From Polyangiaceae bacterium (lineage in GTDB: Bacteria > Myxococcota_A > Polyangia > Polyangiales > Polyangiaceae), in contig JBILLK010000015.1 of assembly GCA_044376115.1 (NCBI GenBank), forward strand, positions 1 through 64,000: 64,000 nt of DNA, read 5' to 3'. The translations under genes were made by a program, and so were the position numbers. Below, piece after piece: positions 23,152-32,994 of this stretch. The notes beneath the pieces are model-generated. The model made no database searches. It saw only the letters and a list, made by a program, of their open reading frames with translations, and was not told the origin of the DNA. The first letter of the stretch is position 1; each line of letters starts with the position of its first letter.

Positions 23152-25629
23152 ATGACTGCTGGAACATGGGATCCCGAACACCCGCTGATCGGGCGAGTGC
23201 TTCAAGGGAGGTTCCAGGTCGCGTCGTACATTTGCCAGGGCGGCATGGCGCAAGTGTTCTGCGGCGTGCAAGCGGAAGAGCCCCGGCACGTAGCAATCAA
23301 GGTGATGCACCCCGAGCTCGCCGATGACAGCGAGATCGTCGCTCGATTCCTCCGAGAGGCGAAGATTGCCTCCCGCCTGACCCACCCCAACATCGTACGA
23401 ATTCTGAGCGTAGGTGAGGACCGCGAACTGCTGTTCATCATCATGGAGCTATTGTTCGGTGACGATCTCTCGGCTCGCGTGAAGCAGAAGGGCTCCTTCA
23501 CGGAGATGCGAAGCGTCGAGATCATGGCCGACGTTTTTGCGGCGCTGCAGTTCGCGCATGAAAGGGGCGTCATTCACCGGGACATCAAGCCGGAGAACGT
23601 GATGCTTTGCCGCGATCCAAAGGAGCCGCAGCGCGAGATTGTGAAGGTGCTCGACTTCGGGATTGCCAAAATACTCGACGAACATACGAGCGTACAGCTG
23701 CCCGACGAGGCGCCGACTGGATTTCGCTCGGTGCTGACGCGAGTCGGTGGATGGGTGGGTACGCCGGGTTATATGTCGCCAGAGCAAGGGAGTGCCGAGA
23801 AGCTCGACCATCGTTCCGACCTCTACTCCGCTGGCTGTCTACTGTTCGAGCTTTTGACCGGCCAATTGCCGTTCGAAGGGCAAACGCCGCTGCAGATCAT
23901 TGCCCGGCACGTTCGAGAGCCCCCACCCAAGCCGAGCTCGTTTGCACCGATCCATCCAGACTTGGAGCGCTTGGTCATGCGGCTTTTGGAGAAGAAGCCC
24001 GCCAACCGGCCGAGCAGCGCGCGCGATGTCGCGGACGAGCTGTTGCTCCTGCTTGGAGACCTTTCCGCGACTTCTTCCCAACGTTGGCAACATCTATCGA
24101 CGCCACAACCGAAGGCCACTGCGCTGCCGCCAGCGGCTGCCGCAGACCCTCGCAGTCAGCGGCCCAACGAGATGGCTAGGCCCGCCGCAGAGGCCCCGGT
24201 TGACTCGACGCTGCGCTCTTCTGGCAATGCCTCTAGCCTGCGCGAGTTACGACGCACATTGGCCATCGATACCAACGAGACGCGAGCTGCCGTTCAGCAG
24301 GCCCTGAGCGCAGCGCGGCCCCCGGAGCGCCCGGTTCATCCGTTAGTGGGCCGCGTGCTCTCGGGGTCCTTTCAGGTGAGCGCACTGATCCGTGAAGGCA
24401 GCGTTTCGCAGATCTTCTCTGGCCTCTCGAATCAAGAGCCGCGCAACGTGGCGATCAAAGTGCTCCACCCAGAGTATTCGCGCGACAAGGAGATCGTCGG
24501 GCGCTTCGTGCGGGAGGGGCAGGCGGCAGCGCGGCTGACGCACCCAAACATCGTAAGGACGGTCTTCGCCTCAGAAGACCAGGGAATTCCGTACTTCGTC
24601 ATGGAGCTGCTGTTCGGTGACGACCTATCAGCACGAATCAAGCAGCGGGGAGCGGTTACGCAAGATGCCGCTATCGCGATCGTGGTGCAGGTGTGCAAGG
24701 CGCTCGAGCACGCCCATCAGCAGGGCGTGGTGCATCGAGACATCAAGCCAGAGAACATCATGGTTTGTCGTCAGCCGGATTCGCCGGCGAGGGAGATCGT
24801 CAAAGTCCTCGATTTCGGAACGGCGAAGATCTTCGACGCGAAGGCTCAGATTGAGCTCCAAAGCGACAGTACGTCGGTGCGAGCCCAACTGACGCGCGTT
24901 GGTAGTCTCGTCGGGACTCCGGCGTACATGTCGCCGGAGCAAGGGCGTGCAGAGGCGGTGGACGCTCGTTCCGATATCTACAGCGTGGGCGTGCTGTTGT
25001 TTGAGCTTCTTTGCGGGAGGACTCCGTTCCTTGGAGAGACGCCGCTGCAAATCGTCGCGCGCCACGTTCACGAAGCGCCTCCAGCGCCCAGCTCGCTGGT
25101 CGCCATTCCACGGGAGCTTGAACGGATCGTGCTGCGATGTTTGGAGAAGTCGCCCGCTCATCGCCCGCAGTCGGCGAGTGAACTTGCGGCGCTGCTTGAG
25201 ACTGCGCTGCCCAACGTAATGAGGACCACTGGACGTGGCGCTGATGAGCGCTGGCGAAGGTTCACTGGGCGGGGAGTCGCGCCTGGGCCTGCTCTCGTAC
25301 AACAGCCGAACGAGGCCAAGGCGACGGTCGCGAGTTCGCCGCTTTCCGCGCCGCCCGATGCGTTGCCGCAGGCCAAGGCTCAGCTCGCTCAGGAGCTAAA
25401 GTCCACGCTTCCGATGAAGAACCTTGGCAGGCAGGACGAGACCTCCCCAGGGATTCGGCTGATAATGCCTGCCGCACAGCAACAGGAGCCACCGCCACAA
25501 GCAGCCCAACAGCCCGTCCAAGCCGACAAGGTCGACAAGCTTATTCGGCTCGTGACCATTCTCTTGGTGCTGCTGGCGGTGGCATGTGTAGCCATCGGCG
25601 TGTTGCTGTTTGCCTTCGTCGCGCGCTGA
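23152..25629 (+). CDS. Tandem double Ser/Thr protein kinase with C-terminal TM helix
   Basis: Two copies each of VAIKV, HRDIKPEN, VLDFG and GTPxYMSPEQ; hydrophobic C-terminus. Confidence 0.92.
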   Translation: MTAGTWDPEHPLIGRVLQGRFQVASYICQGGMAQVFCGVQAEEPRHVAIKVMHPELADDSEIVARFLREAKIASRLTHPNIVRILSVGEDRELLFIIMELLFGDDLSARVKQKGSFTEMRSVEIMADVFAALQFAHERGVIHRDIKPENVMLCRDPKEPQREIVKVLDFGIAKILDEHTSVQLPDEAPTGFRSVLTRVGGWVGTPGYMSPEQGSAEKLDHRSDLYSAGCLLFELLTGQLPFEGQTPLQIIARHVREPPPKPSSFAPIHPDLERLVMRLLEKKPANRPSSARDVADELLLLLGDLSATSSQRWQHLSTPQPKATALPPAAAADPRSQRPNEMARPAAEAPVDSTLRSSGNASSLRELRRTLAIDTNETRAAVQQALSAARPPERPVHPLVGRVLSGSFQVSALIREGSVSQIFSGLSNQEPRNVAIKVLHPEYSRDKEIVGRFVREGQAAARLTHPNIVRTVFASEDQGIPYFVMELLFGDDLSARIKQRGAVTQDAAIAIVVQVCKALEHAHQQGVVHRDIKPENIMVCRQPDSPAREIVKVLDFGTAKIFDAKAQIELQSDSTSVRAQLTRVGSLVGTPAYMSPEQGRAEAVDARSDIYSVGVLLFELLCGRTPFLGETPLQIVARHVHEAPPAPSSLVAIPRELERIVLRCLEKSPAHRPQSASELAALLETALPNVMRTTGRGADERWRRFTGRGVAPGPALVQQPNEAKATVASSPLSAPPDALPQAKAQLAQELKSTLPMKNLGRQDETSPGIRLIMPAAQQQEPPPQAAQQPVQADKVDKLIRLVTILLVLLAVACVAIGVLLFAFVAR

Positions 25630-25710
25630 TTCAACCCGAAACCGGGTTATACAAAAGACGAAGTGCAGGCCTACTCTCGAGCAGCCTGCACTTGATGAGC
25701 AGCGGACTGC

Positions 25711-26397
25711 TCAGTGACCGTGTTCGCGATCGATCCCAGGGTGAGAGGCGTCCCCGGGCTCATGTCTCGGATTTGCTGTCTCCCGGGTCTGGTCGGTTCC
25801 GGTCATTCCCGCTAGCAGCTCGCGCCCGTAGATGAACTGCTCACGCGAATCATAGGGAACCGCGTGCAACCCCGTGTCCATGCGAATGGCATCGCACGGG
25901 CACGCTTCAACACAGAAGCCGCAGAAGATGCAGCGCAGCTCGTCGATGACGAAGGTCTTGGGGTAGCGTTCGTAACCTCGACGCGGATCATCTGCCGCGT
26001 ACTCCCCGGCCTCGATGTGGATGCACTGCGCCGGACAAGCCGTCGAACAACAAAGGCAGGCGACACAGCGTGGTGAGCCGTCGTCTCGGATGGTGAGCCG
26101 GTGCAGGCCCCGGAAGCGTTCCGAGTAAGGGCGCTTTTCTTCAGGGTAGGAGATGGTCGTAATACCATCCGAGAGAGCCTCGATGATCGGGTCTCTCTTC
26201 TGGCCTAACACCATCTCCTTTGTGTTGGTGAAGAAGGTGGACATGGTCTGCGCGAGGCCTTTGGCGATCGCGGGCACATAGCTTTGGACCTCAAAGGTGC
26301 GGGGGGGCCGGGCGATCGTTTTCACGCTCGGAGCCTGCCCGCGTGGCTTCATCCACGGGGTGTTTTCAGCTGTGTTCTTGGCGGCTGCGTTGCCCAT
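25711..26397 (-). CDS. nuoI: NADH-quinone oxidoreductase subunit I
   Basis: CVACLCCSTACP, CIFCGFCVEACP and YPEEKR..RFRG. Confidence 0.93.
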   Translation of the reverse strand: MGNAAAKNTAENTPWMKPRGQAPSVKTIARPPRTFEVQSYVPAIAKGLAQTMSTFFTNTKEMVLGQKRDPIIEALSDGITTISYPEEKRPYSERFRGLHRLTIRDDGSPRCVACLCCSTACPAQCIHIEAGEYAADDPRRGYERYPKTFVIDELRCIFCGFCVEACPCDAIRMDTGLHAVPYDSREQFIYGRELLAGMTGTDQTRETANPRHEPGDASHPGIDREHGH

Positions 26398-26409
26398 AGT
26401 CGTTGTCCT

Positions 26410-28236
26410 TCAGGCCTGCATCGGAGTGGCTTTGACGCCACCACGCTCATTGACGAGACGAGCTGCGGTGGAGTCGAGGAAGCGCTTGGTTTCCACTGGG
26501 CGGAGCATCAACCAGACCAAGCCGACGGGCATCGCGAGCAGCCCAAAGGCCACCACGAACTGCGTCAATTCACCTGCAAGATGCAGCAGCCGAGCAGCTC
26601 CAGGACCGGCCGAATCGAGAGCCACCACCACCACTGCGGTCACCACCAGATTGCCAATCGCGAGCGGTAGCAGCGCCGTCCAACCAAACTTCATCAGTTG
26701 GTCGTATCGGAAACGAGGCAAGGTCCAGCGGAAGAAGATCTGGAACCAGCTGAACAGGAGCGTCTTTCCAAAGAAGGTCAGCACCTGCAAAACGGTCACA
26801 GCGAGATGGTTCATCTTGTAGTGCAACAGCGTCGAATCACCGAAGGTGACGTGGATGCCGTCGCTGTAGAGGAAGGGCAGCGAGTACCCGCCGAAGAACA
26901 AGGTGATGATCAGCGCACTGGCGGTAAGGACCTCGACGTATTCGCCGGCCATGAACATGCCGAACTTAAAGCCCGAATATTCGAGGAAGTAGCCCGCGAC
27001 GATCTCGCTCTCACCTTCAGGCTGATCAAAGGGAACGCGCTTTGTCTCGGCCATGGTTGCGGCCAAGAACATCAGGAACGCGATCGGTTGAACGAAGATG
27101 CCCCAGGCGAAATCGTTTTGCCATTGAACCATCGGGCCAAGGCGCACGCTGCCGTAGATGAGCAAAAGGCCCATGAGAGACAGACCCATCGCCACTTCGT
27201 AAGACACCATCTGGCTCGCAGCTCGGAGGCCGCCAAGCAAAGAGAACTTGTTGTCGCTTGCCCAGCCGGCGATCGCCGCGCCAATGACGCCCGTGGAAGA
27301 CATCGCGAACAGGTAGAGGATGCCAACGTTGAGATCTGCGATCTGCAGGTTGACCGAGTGCCCCTCGCACACTCCGTCACGCGGCATCATCGCAGTCAGA
27401 CGAAGGATCTCATCGAACTGGAAGACACCATCGGGCTTAGCGATGGTTCCGTCGGCCATCTTGTGTGGGATGTCTTGGAAGCAGAGCTGGTCGCCGAACG
27501 GCGTCACCGCCATCACGACCAAAGCAGGAAACATCGCGATCATCGGCCCGAGCGAGTGCAGCAGGCGGTCGGCGTTCTTCGGAATGAAGTCCTCCTTGAA
27601 CATCATCTTCACTGCGTCAGCGATGCCGTGAAGAGTGCCCGCCAATCGAATTCCGATGGTGCCCGCGGGGACACGGAGGGCAGCGTAAACGCCAGCCGCC
27701 CCCATCAAACCACCCAACAGAGCAGCCGCTCCGCGCGCCATCAGGTAGGTCGTGGGAGCCTGCAGAGCTCCGGAAGCGAGCCGCTTTTCAAGGATGGCGT
27801 TCACGATGAACACCACCATGTGCAAGACCATCCCGGTGTAGAAGTACGTGCGCGGGAGGTTTTGCCCAATCAGCTGCTCGGCTGCGTTCATTGCGCCAGC
27901 ACGATCGATTCGCCACGCCAAAACGGTGAGGCTGAACCAAGCGACGAACACGAACAGGTGCAAACTGACGCCCATTCGGTCGATGGCTGACGCAGGCGAT
28001 TGCAACGTCCAACCGAGCGTCGCGAAGGAGAGCGCTCCAATCAGAAAACCCGGCGCCGCCAAGATCCCGCGAATGACTGCGCTCGGCAGGTTGATGACCG
28101 CACGGTTAGGCCCAACGCGGTGCTGAACCATCGCGCTCTGCCTGCGGTCTGCCCAAACGGCGATCGCTGAGAAGTTGAGGCAAAACCCGATAACCAAGGC
28201 AATTTTGAGAACGGAGAAGATGAGCTCGACGATCAC
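26410..28236 (-). CDS. nuoH: NADH-quinone oxidoreductase subunit H (unusually long, 608 aa)
   Basis: RVGPNR, ADAVKMMFKED, GGLRAASQMVSYE, AETKRVPFD..EGESE and PRFRYDQLM. Confidence 0.92.
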   Translation of the reverse strand: MIVELIFSVLKIALVIGFCLNFSAIAVWADRRQSAMVQHRVGPNRAVINLPSAVIRGILAAPGFLIGALSFATLGWTLQSPASAIDRMGVSLHLFVFVAWFSLTVLAWRIDRAGAMNAAEQLIGQNLPRTYFYTGMVLHMVVFIVNAILEKRLASGALQAPTTYLMARGAAALLGGLMGAAGVYAALRVPAGTIGIRLAGTLHGIADAVKMMFKEDFIPKNADRLLHSLGPMIAMFPALVVMAVTPFGDQLCFQDIPHKMADGTIAKPDGVFQFDEILRLTAMMPRDGVCEGHSVNLQIADLNVGILYLFAMSSTGVIGAAIAGWASDNKFSLLGGLRAASQMVSYEVAMGLSLMGLLLIYGSVRLGPMVQWQNDFAWGIFVQPIAFLMFLAATMAETKRVPFDQPEGESEIVAGYFLEYSGFKFGMFMAGEYVEVLTASALIITLFFGGYSLPFLYSDGIHVTFGDSTLLHYKMNHLAVTVLQVLTFFGKTLLFSWFQIFFRWTLPRFRYDQLMKFGWTALLPLAIGNLVVTAVVVVALDSAGPGAARLLHLAGELTQFVVAFGLLAMPVGLVWLMLRPVETKRFLDSTAARLVNERGGVKATPMQA

Positions 28237-29873
28237 GGCCGCACCTCGGGTTCCTTCGCTGAAGAAGCGGGAGCGCCCACCATGGCCTTGCGCACTTCGC
28301 TTAACTTTCGCCAGTTCGTAGCCAAACCGAGGGCTTTCCCAAGTTTGCCAATGAGCAGCCAGCCGGGCTCAGCATCACCGAGCGGTACCAACGCGCGCTC
28401 ACTGGATTGAGTACGTCCCTGCTTGTTGACCCAGGTTGAGTCGACCTCTGCCCAACCTGCTGCTGGCAGTACGACCTTCGCGCTCTCGGTCAGCGGCCCT
28501 GTGTGGGTTGCAATCGAGACGACTTTCTTGCCGCGCAAAGCAGCTCGCAGCTCAGCGTCATCAACCTCGACGTGTGCTCCAAGCGCAATCACGTACTCAA
28601 ATTTATCTTCGCTCTGAATTAGATCTTGGAGCGGGCGGGGTGCTGCCCCCTCGCACAACTTCAAAACGCCCTTGGTGTTCGGATTCTTGTCGGCTGACAT
28701 CAGGATGTCGTCGGCGCGGCCGAGCGGCTTGCCTGTGACGAAGAAACGCTCGACACCAAGGAAGGTGCGACCGAGCGTGTAGAGCGCCCAGTTGTCCTCC
28801 AAGCTGTGCTGTGCGGAGAGAACGATCGCCACTTTTTCGGACTTACCAAGGGCCCCCTTGAGCAGGTCCTTGGCCGCAGCGACTGCGTCTTCAACGGGCT
28901 TGGCAGCACCGCCCACGAGCGCAGTCTTGGCTCGCCCAGTGATGGCGTCGCGGTACGAGAGCATGCCCTCGTCACACATCCAGAACTTGTTCACCTCGGC
29001 GTTCTCGCGCGGGCGGTGGCGGTGCGGCGTGTTCGTCCGAGGGTCGAAGTCCAGGAAGGCGTTGCAGCCCGTTGAGCAGCCTTGGCATACGGTGCGTGCG
29101 CTTCGCAGAAACCAAACGCGAGCCTTGAAGCGGAAGTCCTTGGACGTAAGGGCGCCGACCGGGCAAACGTGCTCAGTCATCAACGTATAGTCGTGGTCGA
29201 GTTGGCGCCCAGGAGCGACGGTGATCTCGTTGAGGTTGCCTCGCTCACGCACGCTGAGCACGGGGTCTTTGGCGACCTCCTCCGAGAAGCGGACACAGCG
29301 TGTGCAGATGATGCAGCGCTCGGCGTCGTAAACGATGGTTGGCCCAAAATCGACCGCCTTGGGCTTGTGCACGACTTCTTGGTGCATGCGCTTGCCAGTT
29401 CGCTGGTGCTGCAGCCAGTAGTCTTGCAGTCGGCACTCGCCGGCCTGATCGCAGATTGGACAGTCAACAGGGTGGTTGAGAAGGAGGAGTTCTTGAACCG
29501 CTGCGCGTGCTTCCGTCACATGCGCGCTCGACTCGCTCAGAACTTCCATCCCCGGCGCACAGGTCTGCTGGCAGGCGGGCTGAAGCTTGGGCTTGTTGTC
29601 CTGGACGTACTGCTTCGTTTGCGGGTCCCACTTGAGGACGTCCAAGCGCATGGCTGGCCGGCCCTTGGGCGGGGGCAGCTCCACCAAGCACATGCGACAG
29701 TTCGCGGCGACGCTGAGCCCAGGGTGCCAACAATAATGGGGGATATCGATGCCCGCTCGATGAGCTGCACGAATGATGGTGTCCCCGGGCTCAAACGGGA
29801 TCTCGCGACCGTCGAGCTTGATGATGTTCGGGGGCTTGGGCTGCTCGGCTGCCGAGGGCGTTGTCGTGCTCAT
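28233..29873 (-). CDS. nuoG: NuoG-like Fe-S protein (546 aa)
   Basis: PHYCWHPGLSVAANCRMC, HPVDCPICDQAGEC, CIICTRC, CPVGAL and CQGCSTGC. Confidence 0.85.
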   Translation of the reverse strand: MSTTTPSAAEQPKPPNIIKLDGREIPFEPGDTIIRAAHRAGIDIPHYCWHPGLSVAANCRMCLVELPPPKGRPAMRLDVLKWDPQTKQYVQDNKPKLQPACQQTCAPGMEVLSESSAHVTEARAAVQELLLLNHPVDCPICDQAGECRLQDYWLQHQRTGKRMHQEVVHKPKAVDFGPTIVYDAERCIICTRCVRFSEEVAKDPVLSVRERGNLNEITVAPGRQLDHDYTLMTEHVCPVGALTSKDFRFKARVWFLRSARTVCQGCSTGCNAFLDFDPRTNTPHRHRPRENAEVNKFWMCDEGMLSYRDAITGRAKTALVGGAAKPVEDAVAAAKDLLKGALGKSEKVAIVLSAQHSLEDNWALYTLGRTFLGVERFFVTGKPLGRADDILMSADKNPNTKGVLKLCEGAAPRPLQDLIQSEDKFEYVIALGAHVEVDDAELRAALRGKKVVSIATHTGPLTESAKVVLPAAGWAEVDSTWVNKQGRTQSSERALVPLGDAEPGWLLIGKLGKALGLATNWRKLSEVRKAMVGAPASSAKEPEVRP

Positions 29874-29953
29874 TTTCAGAATTCCCAATTCACGCAGCCG
29901 TAGCTGCTCGAATGCACGTAACCAAGTGAATCAACAAACAGGACCGACCGCGC

Positions 29954-31168
29954 TCAATGATCGCATTCTCCACCGATCATGTTCATCGAGCCGAAGGTGG
30001 GCACAACGTCCGGAATCATGGCGCCCACGATCAGCTTCTCGAGACCTTGGGTGATCGCGAAACAGGGCGGTCGGATGCGCACCCGGTAGGGCGTACCGCT
30101 GCCATCGCTCACGAGATAGAAGCCGAGCTCACCGTTTCCGGCCTCGGTGTAGGAGTAGACTTCACCAGCAGGCACCTTGATGCCCTCCATCACGATCTTG
30201 AAGTGCTGAATGGTTGCTTCGATCGTGTTGTAGACATCCGACTTCTCGGGAAGCGTGATGCGCGGGTCCTGCACGTTGATCGGGCCGTCATCTGGCATCT
30301 GATCCAGGCATTGCCGAATGATCCTGGCGCTCTGTCGCATCTCTTCCTGGCGACACATGAAGCGGTCGTAGTTGTCACCCGTTGTGCCAACCGGAACATC
30401 GAACTCCATTCGGTCGTACACGAGGTACGGGTGCGCGCGACGAACGTCGTAAGAAACGCCCGTTGAGCGAAGGCAGGGCCCGGACCAACCCAGCTCGAGC
30501 GCGTCCTCCTTCGAGATCCGTCCAACGTTCTCGAGCCGGTCGAGGAAGATGCGGTTCTTGAGCAGCAACTTCTCGGATTCGGCGACAACCACGAGGACCT
30601 GCTCGAGCGAAGCTCGTACGGCCGCCTTGAAGTCACGGGTCGGAGGCTTGGCCATACCGCCCACGCGACCGAAGCTGTGCGTTACGCGCGCCCCCGTCTC
30701 CTCCTCGAAGATGTCCCACAACATCTCGCGCGCGCGAACGTTCCATAGGAACGGCGTGAAGGCGCCGAGCTCCATGGCCATAGCGCCATTGCACGTCAGA
30801 TGGTCACAGACCCGCGCTAACTCACCCAGCGCGACGCGGTAGTACTGACATCGCTCGGGAACCGTGATGCCAAGCATCTTTTCAACGGCGAGCGAGAAGC
30901 CAACGTTGTTCAACATCGGCGAGACGTAGTTGAGCCGGTCGACGTACGGGTAGATTTGGTTCCAAGTACCGCGCTCACACATCTTCTCGAAGCCGCGGTG
31001 CAAGTAACCAATCTGAACGTCGGCATCGGTGATCGTCTCGCCCGAGAGCTGCACGACAATTCGAACAGTGCCATGCATTGCGGGATGGCTAGGCCCCATG
31101 TTGAGCTTCATCGGCTCAGCAGGAAGCTCGAGTTCTCCCTCCTCGAGATCTTGATCGAGCGGCTCCAT
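29954..31168 (-). CDS. nuoD: NADH-quinone oxidoreductase subunit D
   Basis: NMGPSHPAMHG, GYLHRGFEK, DRLNY and GECDH. Confidence 0.95.
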   Translation of the reverse strand: MEPLDQDLEEGELELPAEPMKLNMGPSHPAMHGTVRIVVQLSGETITDADVQIGYLHRGFEKMCERGTWNQIYPYVDRLNYVSPMLNNVGFSLAVEKMLGITVPERCQYYRVALGELARVCDHLTCNGAMAMELGAFTPFLWNVRAREMLWDIFEEETGARVTHSFGRVGGMAKPPTRDFKAAVRASLEQVLVVVAESEKLLLKNRIFLDRLENVGRISKEDALELGWSGPCLRSTGVSYDVRRAHPYLVYDRMEFDVPVGTTGDNYDRFMCRQEEMRQSARIIRQCLDQMPDDGPINVQDPRITLPEKSDVYNTIEATIQHFKIVMEGIKVPAGEVYSYTEAGNGELGFYLVSDGSGTPYRVRIRPPCFAITQGLEKLIVGAMIPDVVPTFGSMNMIGGECDH

Positions 31169-31824
31169 CAGTTCTTTCCTTCGGCTTTCGACAAGGCCTT
31201 CTTGGGCGTTTCTTGTGCGGCTTGCTCTTCAGCACGACGCGCTTCCACCATCAAAGGGTCATCTCGGTGAAATTCGTGGGTTTGCCGCCCGAAGCTCATG
31301 CCCTCATCCGGATGGAATGGGAACTGTTTCTCGGGGACGTCGCGAAACTCAACCAATGGCTGAATCTTGTTCGCGGGGTAGTCTTTGCGAAGCGGGTGCC
31401 CCTTGAACTCGGGGTACATGAGGATGCGACGCAACTTTGGGTGACCTCGAAAGACCACGCCGAACATGTCGAACGCTTCACGCTCAAACCAGTTAGCGCC
31501 CTGCCAAACCGGCGTGATGCTGTCGATCTCTGCGGTATCGCCCTCCATATCGCCGACGCGAGCCTTGAGGCGAACGCGATGGCCTCGCTCGAGACTGCGG
31601 AGGTGCATTACGACCTCGAAGCGCTGCTCGCGGTCGGGGTAGTCAACACACGTGAGGTCAATGAACATGTTCATTGACGTTCGTGGGTCAGTCTTGAGGA
31701 ACCGGCTAATCTCAAACCAGCGGTCGGCCTCAACGACAGCCGTGTCATCTCCGAACAGGCTGTGGGTTTCGACGATCGCGCTGCCGAAGCGCTGCTTGAG
31801 TACTTCAAGAACTTGTTGGCTCAT
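31168..31824 (-). CDS. nuoC: NADH-quinone oxidoreductase subunit C
   Basis: ANWFEREAFDMFG and GHPLRKDYP. Confidence 0.94.
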   Translation of the reverse strand: MSQQVLEVLKQRFGSAIVETHSLFGDDTAVVEADRWFEISRFLKTDPRTSMNMFIDLTCVDYPDREQRFEVVMHLRSLERGHRVRLKARVGDMEGDTAEIDSITPVWQGANWFEREAFDMFGVVFRGHPKLRRILMYPEFKGHPLRKDYPANKIQPLVEFRDVPEKQFPFHPDEGMSFGRQTHEFHRDDPLMVEARRAEEQAAQETPKKALSKAEGKN

Positions 31825-31883
31825 TGATCAACCTGCAGAGGCTGAGATCCCCACGCTAGCGCGAGGCACAGCTGTTTTCCGAC

Positions 31884-32465
31884 TCAGCCGCCCCGCTTAT
31901 CACCGGAAGGGCCAAAGCGAAGCCGATCCTTCGAGATCAGCTCGTTTGCGGCTGGCACCGGATCGGTTCGCGGCTTCACGATTGCTGGCGTTCGGTTGCC
32001 GGAGGCAATCTTGTCTTGAAGAAGCAACAGCCCATCAAGCACAGCCTCAGGTCGAGGTGGACATCCAGGCACGTAAACGTCGCAGGGCACCACTTTGTCG
32101 ATGCCCGCAACCGTCGTGTAGTTGTCGTAGAAACCGCCGCACGAGGCGCACGTTCCAAACGCGAGCACCCACTTCGGATCGGCCATCTGTTCGTAGATGC
32201 GGCGCAACGCAGGTGCCTGACGTTGGCTGATGGTACCCACGACCCACAGAAGGTCCGCCTGCCGCGGCGAGAAGCGCGGAGCTTCCGCGCCAAAGCGCGC
32301 CATGTCGAAGCGCGGACTCGCCATCGACATGAACTCCATGCCACAGCAGGCTGTGACGAAGGGGTATTGGAAGAGGGAGTACTTTTGCGCCCAGTGGAGC
32401 AAAGCCTCGAACTTCGTCGTTGCAAAGCCGCTCTCTGAGCCCTCAATAACGCGTGTTTCGCTCAC
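31884..32465 (-). CDS. nuoB: NADH-quinone oxidoreductase subunit B
   Basis: TACCGMEF, SPRQAD and YVPGCPPRPE; the GTG start overlaps the nuoA stop. Confidence 0.94.
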   Translation of the reverse strand: MSETRVIEGSESGFATTKFEALLHWAQKYSLFQYPFVTACCGMEFMSMASPRFDMARFGAEAPRFSPRQADLLWVVGTISQRQAPALRRIYEQMADPKWVLAFGTCASCGGFYDNYTTVAGIDKVVPCDVYVPGCPPRPEAVLDGLLLLQDKIASGNRTPAIVKPRTDPVPAANELISKDRLRFGPSGDKRGG

Positions 32466-32821
32466 CGCTCCCACTCCATGGCGCCTTTTTTCCACTCGTA
32501 AACTAGCCCAACCACCAACAGCAGTAGGAAGGGTGCCATCGTGAAAAGACCGCTCCACCCCGACTCACGGACCGTGACGGCCCACGGGTAGAGCAACACA
32601 ACCTCGACGTCGAGCACGACGAACAGAATCGCCGTCATATAGAATTTGACCGACAGCTTCACATGGCGTGCGCCATCGCTCTCGCTGCCACACTCGAACG
32701 GCTCCATCTTTTCGGCCGAGGGAGGATTCTTCGGGCCGAGCAAAGAGGTAGCGGTGAACATCCCGGCAACAATGAGCGCCGCGATCAGGAACAACAAAAG
32801 TAACGGTACGTAAGTTGCCAT
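32462..32821 (-). CDS. nuoA: NADH-quinone oxidoreductase subunit A
   Basis: KMEPFECG, FVVLDVEVVLLYPWA and YEWKKGAMEW. Confidence 0.94.
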   Translation of the reverse strand: MATYVPLLLLFLIAALIVAGMFTATSLLGPKNPPSAEKMEPFECGSESDGARHVKLSVKFYMTAILFVVLDVEVVLLYPWAVTVRESGWSGLFTMAPFLLLLVVGLVYEWKKGAMEWER

Positions 32822-32994
32822 GCGAGCTTCCTGGTGTGGAAGAAGGGCGCCGAGTGGGACAATACCCAAAAATTCGCTAGAAACCGGGCCTCAGCATGTA
32901 GCCCCAGCGCTCGCTCAAGTCAATGTGGGCCTACAAACGCGAGAAGCCCCGCCAATGCAGAGCTTCTTGCGCAGGCCTTGCTTGAAGGAGGGAA

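Noticed and set aside
26698..27990. Long antisense ORFs (430 aa opposite nuoH; also 7504..8529, 17120..17965 and 29082..29903)
   Set aside because: These are shadow ORFs expected in high-GC coding DNA and carry no recognisable motifs.
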